Shown here piece after piece: positions 9,441 to 19,300 of a stretch of DNA of 64,000 bases. Position 1 is the first letter of the stretch; each line of letters starts with the position of its first letter. Under the pieces are notes generated by a model. It did no database searches. It saw only the letters and a program-made list of their open reading frames with translations, and was not told where the DNA came from. This DNA is from an uncultured virus (IMG/VR IMGVR_UViG_3300034082_002096) (taxonomy: Duplodnaviria; Heunggongvirae; Uroviricota; Caudoviricetes). Position numbers and translations under genes: made by a program. Location of the stretch: the IMG/VR virus record IMGVR_UViG_3300034082_002096. One strand, written 5' to 3'.

Positions 9441-10634
9441 ATGTCTGAACTGGCTGAAAAAAAACTTGTTAAAGCACGTTTGAAATTATTGTTTAAACAC
9501 CCATTTTTTGGGCAAATGGCTTTGCGAATGAAATTGGTTGATGTCACAGATGAAGGATGGTGCAATACTGCAGCTACCGACTATCGTAACTTTTACTACA
9601 ATTCAAAATTCATTGAAAAAATTGATGATGATGAAGCAGTTTTTCTAGTTGGTCACGAATTGGGTCATTGCATTTTTGAACATTTTCTTCGTCGTGACAA
9701 ACGAGAAAAAGATATTTGGAATATGGCAGGAGATTATGTAATTAATCTTATGCTAAAACGTGAACATATTGGTAGGGTTATTACTACTGTTCCTATCCTA
9801 ATAGATGATAAATATAAAGATAAAACTGCTGAAGAAGTTTATGATGACCTTATCAAAAACAAAGCTGCAAAAAAACAAACATTGGACGTTCACCTTGAAT
9901 TTTCAAATGGCGAAGAAGATGGCGATGGTAAAGCCAAAGGCGACAGCGAAGGAAAAAATGGAAAAATTCCTACATTGAAAGAATCTGACAAAAAAGCACT
10001 ATCTGATGAAATTCGTCAAGCTGTTTTGCAAGCAGCAGTTGCTGCAGGAAATGTTCCCGGCGAAATTAAACGACTTGTTTCTCAGTTGACCGAATCAAAA
10101 ATGAATTGGCGGGAACATTTGCGAGCTACTATTGAAAGCACATTAAAAACAGATTTTTCATGGATGCGACCAAACCGCAAAGGATGGCATATTGGGGCCA
10201 TACTTCCCGGTATGACTCCCGGTGAAGATATTGAAGTTAGTGTAGGAATTGATACTAGTGGAAGTATTTCTAATATTATGCTGCGAGACTTTTTGAGTGA
10301 AGTCAAAGGCATTATGGATCAATACGAATCATATACTATTCGTGTATGGCAGTTTGACACTCGTGTATACGGGTATGAAACATTTACTCACGATGATGGT
10401 AAAGATATTTCATCATATAATATCAAGGGTGGTGGTGGTACTGATTTTATGGCAAATTGGGAATTCATGAAATTGAATGGTATTGAACCTAAACAGTTTG
10501 TCATGTTTACCGATATGTGCCCATATGGCAGTTGGGGTGATCAACATTATTGTGACACTCTATTTGTGGCTCATGGTACAAAAACAATAAAAGCACCATT
10601 CGGAACTACCGTATATTACGACGATAAAAAATAA
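9441..10634 (+). CDS. Metallopeptidase-like plus VWA domain protein (DUF2201-like)
   Basis: HELGH zinc motif, DTSGS MIDAS, GGGGTDF. Confidence 0.88.
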   Translation: MSELAEKKLVKARLKLLFKHPFFGQMALRMKLVDVTDEGWCNTAATDYRNFYYNSKFIEKIDDDEAVFLVGHELGHCIFEHFLRRDKREKDIWNMAGDYVINLMLKREHIGRVITTVPILIDDKYKDKTAEEVYDDLIKNKAAKKQTLDVHLEFSNGEEDGDGKAKGDSEGKNGKIPTLKESDKKALSDEIRQAVLQAAVAAGNVPGEIKRLVSQLTESKMNWREHLRATIESTLKTDFSWMRPNRKGWHIGAILPGMTPGEDIEVSVGIDTSGSISNIMLRDFLSEVKGIMDQYESYTIRVWQFDTRVYGYETFTHDDGKDISSYNIKGGGGTDFMANWEFMKLNGIEPKQFVMFTDMCPYGSWGDQHYCDTLFVAHGTKTIKAPFGTTVYYDDKK

Positions 10635-10685
10635 TTAGGCAGGTAACTGCCTAAATAACTATACAGATAACAGGAGATAACCAAC

Positions 10686-10895
10686 ATGCAAGATGATAAC
10701 GAAGAAGTTATTGACAATTCGCCAAAAATAAGTATTTCTGAATTAGCAGTTGCTGCAAACTTAATTGATGTAGCAGTTCAGCGTGGAGCATATACTATAA
10801 AAGAAATAAAACAAGTTGGCGAGACTTATGAAAAGCTTGCTTCATTTGTAAAATATGTTGCCGAGCAACAAGAAAAAGAAAGAGCAGCACAATAA
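10686..10895 (+). CDS. Hypothetical protein
   Basis: AGGAG SD, IIDVAVQRGA-like motif. Confidence 0.8.
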   Translation: MQDDNEEVIDNSPKISISELAVAANLIDVAVQRGAYTIKEIKQVGETYEKLASFVKYVAEQQEKERAAQ

Positions 10896-11560
10896 TGAAA
10901 CATGTAGGAATGGTAGCTAATACTGGTCGTAGATGTATTGTTGTTTTTAGACAAGTCTACGATAATAGTGGAAAAGTAATTGAGCCAGATAAGTGTTTGG
11001 TAGTAGAAACTGATACTTTGCCGGATCATGCTCATCAGGATATTATAAGTATTGTAGAAGGTGAACCAGCACAAAGAACTGGAAATCTTTATGAAGTTTT
11101 AGCTAGAAGCCGTATGACAGAAGGAAGTCTTGCATTAGTATGGCTACATAATAATAATAGATTAACAAAATATGATACTTCTAATGTATTCCTTTTGCCA
11201 GATTCAAGTACAAAAGTAAGACTTGATAAAATTAACAAAATTGTTGATTTACAAAAAAACGGAGCATCACAATATGAAATTGAAAATCTAATGCGTGATG
11301 ATACTGATTCTCCACCACGGGAAATCAAGACTGCTATCACTGATCAAATTACCGATTCTGTAACACAATCAGAAAAAGTAGTAGAACCTGTAATTAGTAG
11401 AGAACTAATGGCAGAAAATCTATTAAAGTCATCACAAAAATTAATTGAGCAAGCAACTGCAATGCAACTGCAAGCACAAGAATTGTTGAAGGAACAACCA
11501 CAAAAAAAAGAACCATCAAAGACAAGGGCGAAAAAACCAATAAAAAACGAAATGGTGTAA
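10895..11560 (+). CDS. Hypothetical phage protein
   Basis: Coupled ORF, MKHVG start. Confidence 0.8.
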   Translation: MKHVGMVANTGRRCIVVFRQVYDNSGKVIEPDKCLVVETDTLPDHAHQDIISIVEGEPAQRTGNLYEVLARSRMTEGSLALVWLHNNNRLTKYDTSNVFLLPDSSTKVRLDKINKIVDLQKNGASQYEIENLMRDDTDSPPREIKTAITDQITDSVTQSEKVVEPVISRELMAENLLKSSQKLIEQATAMQLQAQELLKEQPQKKEPSKTRAKKPIKNEMV

Positions 11561-11564
11561 AGTT

Positions 11565-11855
11565 ATGGCAATCCGTAGGAAAAATCGTGAGTTTTCTAAA
11601 ATAATGAACGATGTAGAACTAGTGACTATACCAATTATGTTTATAAAAAAGCTTTATATTTTTTTGGATGATGGAAAAGAAATATACTTTGAAGGTGACG
11701 ATATTCGTGAACTAGATAGTATAGAACAATTAATATATGGTGCATCTTTTTCAGATCAGATTAATGATATTAGAGTAGAACTTGACTTTACTGCAATAGA
11801 AAAAACAATAACCCAACAAGTAAAAGCCTTACTGGATAAAGACGATAATGATTAA
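11565..11855 (+). CDS. Hypothetical protein
   Basis: ORF in operon. Confidence 0.75.
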   Translation: MAIRRKNREFSKIMNDVELVTIPIMFIKKLYIFLDDGKEIYFEGDDIRELDSIEQLIYGASFSDQINDIRVELDFTAIEKTITQQVKALLDKDDND

Positions 11856-12315
11856 TGCAATATTTGCATGTGACGAAGAATGGGGCATTGGTAGGAATAA
11901 CACCCTACCATGGCCCCATAATTCATCTGATTTAAAATGGTTTAAACAAATGACAAATGGTCAAGCTGTTGTTATGGGACGCAAGACATGGCAAAGTTTA
12001 CCAATACAGCCTTTACCAAATAGAAGAAACATAGTAGTTTCTTCTATCCAGTTAGAAAATGTACAAACAATATCAATTGATAGTGTAAGATCATTTTGTA
12101 TGTTTACAAGTGAACCAATATGGATAATTGGTGGTTCTCAATTATTGGAGTTCTGCTTGGGATTTGTTGATAAAATATATATTTCAAACATAATTGGAAA
12201 ATATAATTGTGATATTTTTCTACCAAAAAATAAAATCTTAGAAAAATTTTATATAGATAGAAATGAAAAAATAAACGACTTAAATATTACACGATGGGTA
12301 AATAAATTTAAATGA
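11848..12315 (+). CDS. frd: Dihydrofolate reductase
   Basis: GIG..LPW..DLKWFK, MGRKTW, PLPNRRN, IIGG. Confidence 0.95.
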   Translation: MINAIFACDEEWGIGRNNTLPWPHNSSDLKWFKQMTNGQAVVMGRKTWQSLPIQPLPNRRNIVVSSIQLENVQTISIDSVRSFCMFTSEPIWIIGGSQLLEFCLGFVDKIYISNIIGKYNCDIFLPKNKILEKFYIDRNEKINDLNITRWVNKFK

Positions 12316-13181
12316 AAGAATACTTAGACGCATTAAAATATGTAATGGATAATGGGTTTGATAAAAATGATAGAACTGGGGTGGGAACTAGAAGTGTATT
12401 TGGATACCAAATGAGGTTTGATTTATCTAAAGGATTTCCCGCTGTCACTACTAAAAAATTAGCTTTTAAAAGTGTAGTTAGTGAACTATTGTGGTTCTTA
12501 GAAGGAAGCACAGATGAGCGTCGTCTTGCTGAAATTCATTTTGGAAAACCAAGTGAAGAATTGATTGGAAAATCAACAATATGGACTGCAAATGCAGATG
12601 CCCAAGGAAAAGCACTGGGGTATGAAAATACTGATACAGTAAAAGAACTTGGTCCTGTATACGGATCACAATGGAGAAATTTTGACTATTTCATTGGATC
12701 GACCAGTGGAATTGACCAGATACAATTATTGGTAAATGAAATAAAAACAAACCCAAATTCAAGACGACTTATTGTATCTGCATGGAATCCAATGCTAGTC
12801 AATGATGCTGCACTACCTCCTTGCCATACCATGTTTCAACTAAATGTAACAGATAATAAACTTAACTGCCAATTGTATCAGCGTAGTGCTGATTTTGTAT
12901 TGGGAAGTCCTTTTAACATCGCATCGTATGCATTGCTTACGCACATGATTGCACAAGTTTGTAATTTGAGTGTAGGTGATTTTGTATACACTATAGGTGA
13001 TATGCACATATATCATAACCATTTTGATGGAGTATCGGAGCAATTAAGTAGACAACCAATGGCTATGCCAACGTTGTGGTTGAACCCAGAAATAAAAAAT
13101 ATTTTTGATTTTACTATGAATGATATAAAACTTGTAGATTATAATAGTTATGATAAAATAAATTTTAAAATGGCAGTTTAA
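12312..13181 (+). CDS. thyA: Thymidylate synthase ThyA
   Basis: DRTGVGT, ELLWFL, LPPCH, YQRSAD, PFNIASY. Confidence 0.97.
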   Translation: MKEYLDALKYVMDNGFDKNDRTGVGTRSVFGYQMRFDLSKGFPAVTTKKLAFKSVVSELLWFLEGSTDERRLAEIHFGKPSEELIGKSTIWTANADAQGKALGYENTDTVKELGPVYGSQWRNFDYFIGSTSGIDQIQLLVNEIKTNPNSRRLIVSAWNPMLVNDAALPPCHTMFQLNVTDNKLNCQLYQRSADFVLGSPFNIASYALLTHMIAQVCNLSVGDFVYTIGDMHIYHNHFDGVSEQLSRQPMAMPTLWLNPEIKNIFDFTMNDIKLVDYNSYDKINFKMAV

Positions 13182-13831
13182 CGATAATAAAATCCTAATC
13201 TCGTTTCAGGTAAATTGCCGCTACTATCATCAATATCAGATTTAAAATTCCAGCCATCTTTTAATAGATACTGGAATTTTTCTTTTTCTATTAAACTCCA
13301 AATTGGTATTAGTTCTGAAGAATTTGGGGGGAAATCTTGACTTTTTCTAAGATGAACTTCTATTAATTTATCATTTATATATTCTGTATTAATATATTTT
13401 ATATCATTTATATTTCTTATAAAATCTGGTAATTGCATATTAGGAAAATTGCATATTTCCCATTTATTAAATTTATATAAAGGATCATTTGTGTTTCTTT
13501 TTCCTATACTACTGAATATAGGATTCCAACTATTAGTGTATTCCCAATCAATACTGTAATGTAATCCATCGAACATTTCGCACCAAAAATATCCCGGTGA
13601 AATATAGTTATCACATCGTTCTAATAATTCTTGAATGTATGATCCAGCACCCATTCCATTTAAATTATAAATTGGACGAATACAATACATTCCACTTTTT
13701 GGAACATCAACTCCTGCTGGTCCGCATGTGTATCCCAATCGTAGACTCAACTCAAGCTTATTGAATAGATTTCTATGATTGGGATACATGTCCCATGCGT
13801 CTTTATCCTGTATTACTTCTTTGGTACACAA
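13178..13831 (-). CDS. Hypothetical protein, possible ATP-grasp-like fold
   Basis: YCIRPIYNL.GMG, FWCE.F.G.HYSID, IEVHLR. Confidence 0.55.
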   Translation of the reverse strand: MCTKEVIQDKDAWDMYPNHRNLFNKLELSLRLGYTCGPAGVDVPKSGMYCIRPIYNLNGMGAGSYIQELLERCDNYISPGYFWCEMFDGLHYSIDWEYTNSWNPIFSSIGKRNTNDPLYKFNKWEICNFPNMQLPDFIRNINDIKYINTEYINDKLIEVHLRKSQDFPPNSSELIPIWSLIEKEKFQYLLKDGWNFKSDIDDSSGNLPETRLGFYYR

Positions 13832-13894
13832 TTGGGCACAGTTTTACCTTTTATTTTTTTTGTTCCTATTGGTTCGTATCCATCCCAACAGGGA

Positions 13895-15103
13895 TTATCT
13901 TTTGGGTTCTTCAAACTTTTTTTTTTTAGCTTCAGTTACTGGTCGCAGAACATCATCAATTGATATGTTTGTTTTACTAGGTGATACCATTGGCATTTGA
14001 TTTTCTGGTTCAACTTCAATTTCTGCTCCGTTTGTTACTAGATATTCCATATAGTGCTTGACAGAAGAAATATCTTCGGTAGCTGTAGTGATTTTTGCTT
14101 GCACCCATGGTTCCAAGTCATCACTGTCATTTATCATTTTATGTAATTCGGCAGCATATTTTGCAAGTTGATATAGTTGACTTTTTGCCATCCAACCATC
14201 ATCATCGGTAGAATCTAATACACCTTCTGTAACTTTCTCTTTATTTTTATTTTTGTCTGCAAATGCCTTTTCCATTGATTCATCTTCGTTGCCGTCACCG
14301 TCTACATCTGGATAATCTGGTCTTGCAGCTTCATTTGTATTATTTTTATTTCTGCCAGGATGCTCTTTAAAGAAGTTCATAATTGTTGGAATTGCTTTTG
14401 GTATTACATTTTTCGACGCGAATGGAATTTTTGATGCTCTGTTAAAAAAGTCAATAATTTCATTTAAATCATCAATATCACCAGTCCAAGGTTTAGATGC
14501 CATCCATTTTGCATTTGCTTGTTCAAATGATGCAAGCATTGCTGGGTTCATAAATGTAGGCTGTGTCATGGATGATTGTGATTGTTGGGAAATGGTATTA
14601 CTGTCTTGTGCTTGTGCTGCACCTCCCATAGCTGATGTTGCCATAGCTGCACCCATCGCACCAGATTTAAGCCAGTTAGGTGCCTCATCTACTTTTTTTC
14701 TGGTGTTTGTTTCTACTTTTTTAGCTTCCATCATACCTTTATTTTCAAGTTCGGTTGCAACCAATGCCGTAAGGTGGGTAACATCAGTAGATGATTTACC
14801 TACCATCGTCAGATACTTAGTGACGTACTGTTTTATTTTAGATATGTTAAGATCAGGAGTACCAGCAATTTTGTTGGCTATTTTTTTAGCAGCCAATTCG
14901 TCACTTATACCTGCTTGCATCGAATTAGTAGCTTCACTCATTGCTTGCTTTGTGGCGGTGGCATACATAACATCTTCCCAACGATCTCCGTATTGTTTCT
15001 TCATATCTGCTTGATTGGATTTCATTGATTTTACGATTTCTTCACGCTTTTTTGTCTGATTGGGTGTCATTTTTGCTTCTAGCATTTTTATATATTTGTT
15101 CAT
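13895..15103 (-). CDS. Modular late (probable head/internal) protein
   Basis: Modules separated by [LMV]-x-E-[AG] sites; DVDGDG motif; TAAATA upstream. Confidence 0.65.
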   Translation of the reverse strand: MNKYIKMLEAKMTPNQTKKREEIVKSMKSNQADMKKQYGDRWEDVMYATATKQAMSEATNSMQAGISDELAAKKIANKIAGTPDLNISKIKQYVTKYLTMVGKSSTDVTHLTALVATELENKGMMEAKKVETNTRKKVDEAPNWLKSGAMGAAMATSAMGGAAQAQDSNTISQQSQSSMTQPTFMNPAMLASFEQANAKWMASKPWTGDIDDLNEIIDFFNRASKIPFASKNVIPKAIPTIMNFFKEHPGRNKNNTNEAARPDYPDVDGDGNEDESMEKAFADKNKNKEKVTEGVLDSTDDDGWMAKSQLYQLAKYAAELHKMINDSDDLEPWVQAKITTATEDISSVKHYMEYLVTNGAEIEVEPENQMPMVSPSKTNISIDDVLRPVTEAKKKKFEEPKR

Positions 15104-15116
15104 TGTAAATCATCCT

Positions 15117-15317
15117 TTAATTGCAGCATGGGCATCCATCTGTGCCTTTTTGCTGTGGCCTAGTTTCTGGTGCTTGCTTCTTAGCAGTATTTATGGAAAT
15201 AGTGTGTATTATTTGTTTCCAATTTTTTCCATATCTTTTTTCCATTGCATTTGCTTGCGACAACATATTTCGATACGATTGATCATATACCATTTGTTGG
15301 GAAGAAGTTAATATCAT
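15117..15317 (-). CDS. Small hypothetical protein
   Basis: MEKRYGKNW motif paralogous to N-terminal module of 13895-15103. Confidence 0.6.
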   Translation of the reverse strand: MILTSSQQMVYDQSYRNMLSQANAMEKRYGKNWKQIIHTISINTAKKQAPETRPQQKGTDGCPCCN

Positions 15318-15487
15318 TTTTTCTTTCTCTTTTTTTGCTTGTTTTTACCAAATATATTAATATCTTGGTCTAATGCATTTATTGCAGTTCCATTTGGATT
15401 TCTTCGTTGCATCCCACCAACTGAAGAATTTACTGTTGCTATACTGCCAGATGTGGTATCTTCTTTAATTATATCATATATTTTCAT
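15314..15487 (-). CDS. Small 57-aa protein missing from ORF track
   Basis: MKIYDIIKEDTTSGSIATVNSSVGGMQRRNPNGTAINALDQDINIFGKNKQKKRKKK*; fills gap, ATGA overlap with next gene. Confidence 0.75.
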   Translation of the reverse strand: MKIYDIIKEDTTSGSIATVNSSVGGMQRRNPNGTAINALDQDINIFGKNKQKKRKKK

Positions 15488-15497
15488 AACTATCTCT

Positions 15498-16109
15498 TTA
15501 TTGTGTTGCTACTGGGTCAGTTATAACAATCGTGTCATCCCTTAGCATTATATTTCCACCATGTAAATCCTGCGACATTAATGGAAAATTAGCTGTAACA
15601 TAATGTATTATATCATATAAATCTGGGAAATTTTCTTTTAAAAATTTTAAATTTGAATATAGTGACAATTTATCTATATCGTCATAATTTGATATATCAA
15701 GTCTGGATTTAGACTGTAACTCAGGATCAATATATTGTTTTAAAACACTATTAAAACTTGATAATGGTTCTAATTTTTCCATTCTAACTGCATACGTTTT
15801 ATTATTAATTTTAATATATTTTCCTTTAATTTTAGGAACATGTGGATTATTTTGACGTTGCCTAGCCCAATTAAAATATTTAAAATAATCGGGATCATCG
15901 TAAAATATTTTAAAAATGTATGGAAACGAAGGATGCTCATATACTAATCCATAAGAACCCTTTCCTAATCTTTTCCAACCTTGATTTATAAGTTCAAGTT
16001 CTAATTTATTAAATCTATCATTTAACCTATCATAACCATGTTGTTTCATATTTTTTGCGGTTTTATATATTGGGTTGCTCTTGAAAGGAGCAATTTCATT
16101 AATTTTCAT
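15498..16109 (-). CDS. Protein kinase-like protein
   Basis: LGKGSYGLVY, IFK, MEKL, DLHGGNIM, ITDP. Confidence 0.8.
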   Translation of the reverse strand: MKINEIAPFKSNPIYKTAKNMKQHGYDRLNDRFNKLELELINQGWKRLGKGSYGLVYEHPSFPYIFKIFYDDPDYFKYFNWARQRQNNPHVPKIKGKYIKINNKTYAVRMEKLEPLSSFNSVLKQYIDPELQSKSRLDISNYDDIDKLSLYSNLKFLKENFPDLYDIIHYVTANFPLMSQDLHGGNIMLRDDTIVITDPVATQ

Positions 16110-16335
16110 TTGAGTTTATCCAATTAATTTTTTTTGCATATTTAGAAATTGCACGTTGATGCTTGAGGTCACTTCTTACCATTTTTTTCTTTTTTGCTAA
16201 TACGCTATCATATTCTTCAATACTCATATTTGCATGTCCTTCCAATCCAGTATAAACTAATGCATCATAAATTGATGTTTTGTTCATTGGACCTTCGGTT
16301 TCTTCGAAGTCATATTCACTAACTTTTTTTTTCAT
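16099..16335 (-). CDS. Hypothetical protein
   Basis: Start after GGAGG. Confidence 0.65.
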   Translation of the reverse strand: MKKKVSEYDFEETEGPMNKTSIYDALVYTGLEGHANMSIEEYDSVLAKKKKMVRSDLKHQRAISKYAKKINWINSNEN

Positions 16336-16364
16336 CTTAGTGCCCTCCATGGTTAAAAATAAAA

Positions 16365-19300
16365 TCATGATGGTTTTACTCCCATTCCGCGTGGTTTGTA
16401 CTTTTTGTTTCTTTGGTCTATCATATACGGTAAGCTAAACCAATGTTCGAACCACTCGTCTGTTCCTGGTTGTAAACCTTTTTTCTTTGCTATACGTGCT
16501 GTTTCTGTTCCAGTAATGCTCATATTTTCATATAATCCACTTATAATTTTTATTTTAGACGGATCAAATACCATTCTTACGGTTGACTTTGTTTTTCCAA
16601 CATTATAGCTATCTAATACTCCAACTACATCTACTATATCAAAATCAAATAATTGTGCAATAACTGCAAGAGAATCTGTTGATAGTTTACCATTGCGAAT
16701 ATGTCGTGTAAACATTTGCAATGCTTTTTGAATCTTGTCATCTGGAATTCCATTTTCTTTTAGACCATTTATTACAGCATTTACAGAAATTCCTCTAAAA
16801 TCCGTTCCAGTTGAATTTATTGTTAATACTTTTCCTACTTCTACTGATACTTTTAATACTTTAGAAACTGCTGTTTGATAATCAAATGCACGTCTTTCAT
16901 CTGTATAGGTATTTGCCACAGCTAAAATATTTGTTAAAAATATAGGATTTTTAACTATCATATATTTTTCTAATTTTCCAGCATCGTCTAACAATTTAAA
17001 ATAATTATCATCTGATGGGGTTAAAGTTTCTATTTCTTTATGTAATCTATTCCATTCTTCTGGATCACTTATATAAGAAACATTAATAGTTCTATTTTTA
17101 AAACCACCTTCTGCTCGTAATTTATTAACCTCTGGGGTTCCATGATACCATTCATTTGATTCAGTAATATTAGTGTTAATATTCTCGTATCCTACTATTC
17201 TGGCATTAGATACCGTGAATTCACTTTCAGAATCGGTATCATTACCTGATATAATGTCATCTGGTTTATATTCAAATTTTATAAGAATTTCATCATTATT
17301 GGTAAGTCCACTATAATATGTTTTAACAAAATTTTCACTATTACTTAAATATATTCCTTTTCCGCCAACTTTTATTTCTTTATTTTTAACTAATGGAAAT
17401 TTTACTTTTTCATCTGCAAGAGAATATGCAGTTTTAGTTTTTGGATCATATGCCATTATTTTATAACCAATTGACGAAACAGTTGAATTTTCTCCAACCA
17501 ATCTTCCCATATATGGATGCTTTTGAAACCCAGTATTAGAAGGTTTTCTTTTTGCAGGAATTGGTTCTGAGCCTCTTACTTGGTCTGGTTTATTTCTTTC
17601 TGTCATTTTTTTTGGACCAGTGAATTTTTTATAACGTTTTTCACCAGTACTAAAATTAACTAATTTATCTAAATCAAAACCACTAGTGCTGCCCGCCATT
17701 TCGCCAGCTACCTCTTCAGTATATATAATAGGTTGATAATAATTCCCATTATATTCTATCATTTTTGCTGGACCCATATTAAATTTATGTCGGAATTCTA
17801 ATTCATGGCGGGGAAGCTGATCTGTTTTTCTAGTTTTCATACTATGACTTAAAACTTTATAAGACGACCCTTTTGGTAAAGTAAATCTAGTTCCAACAGG
17901 CAAATCATCAAATAACCCTTGTTCATTTGCTATATTATATGCTTCTCTTTTATCATTTACTCTATCAGATATATCTCCCATAAACCCTTTATGGAATTTT
18001 TTTAGCTTTTCATCTTCACGTTTTTGATCAAGATCAACTATTTCTGCTTCTTTTAATTTTTTTACAGCTTCTTCTATTTTCTTATTGCTGCTTTCTTTCA
18101 ATGCAAAACTTATATTTTTAACATCATCTGTAGTTATATTAACCAAATTGGTAGCACCTTTTGATAGCTTTCTAAAATAACCTTGCATATGCATATATTG
18201 CATTAGATAAAATAGGTATTCTGGCATTAGTAAATCTTTTCTAATTACTTTTATACCAATATGTTGTGGATTGTATTCTCTAGTAGGAGAACCAACTTTC
18301 TCTATTGAATTTCTACGCCATATCCAAAAATCTGCATCTTCGAATTTGGTTTTGATTTCCGCCAAATCTCCTAATCTTTTTCCGATAGATTCTTTTAAAT
18401 TTTCTTCGGTCTTTCGAGAATCCCCCATTAATTCTATATATTTTTCAAAATTTTCTTTACGTTGCTCTAATCCCTTATCACCCCCATTTACTTGATAAGT
18501 AACTTCTGCTACATCATTAAAATCAGATACATCTGGTCTAACTCTGTTTATCCAATACCAAATTGAAGTTAATGCTGCTACTTTTGGAGTAGAAACCAAA
18601 TCAGGATTTCCAACTAAATCTAATCCTAATTTTTTTCCTGCTTTTTCATAATTTTCTTTACCAGTTAAATGTAAAAATCCTCTACCACGATACTTGTAGC
18701 CATCACCAGCATCAGTGTTTCCATTTCTGCCTTCATATGCATCAAAATCTTCTTCATCGCCATATTCAACTAAGGTTCCAAAATAATCAGTTTCGTGAGC
18801 CGCTTGTGCAAGAAGTGCAGCCAATTCATCATTATTAATTCCATATTTTTTAGCAAAGTTTTTAAAATATGATTCGTATCTTGAATCTGTTAGCGTATCT
18901 CTTGCTCTTGGGCGTATGCTAGTTTTTGGTGCAAGTTCGCTTTTCTGTACTGGTTTTGCTTGTGGACGTATGCTAGTTTTTGGTGCAAGTTCGCTTTTCT
19001 GTACTGAACCTTGCGTTGACGGTGTTTTTGATATGGGTCTTTCAGGCTGCGAAAATTTTTGTGATACAGAGGCTGGATTGGTTGTTTGTAGTTTGTCGTA
19101 TGCATTTTTAGTTCCCACCGCCCCCATACCCAATACACCCATTGCCCCAACTAATGCAGCTTTTTTGAGTTTATCTTTCAAACCTTCGTCTAATATACTA
19201 TGCATATTATCCAGTTCTATCATAATACCTTCCATATGCAATTCGGGTTGTTCTCTGGTTGAACCAATATCTTTATATACAATATTTAATCTATCAAGCA

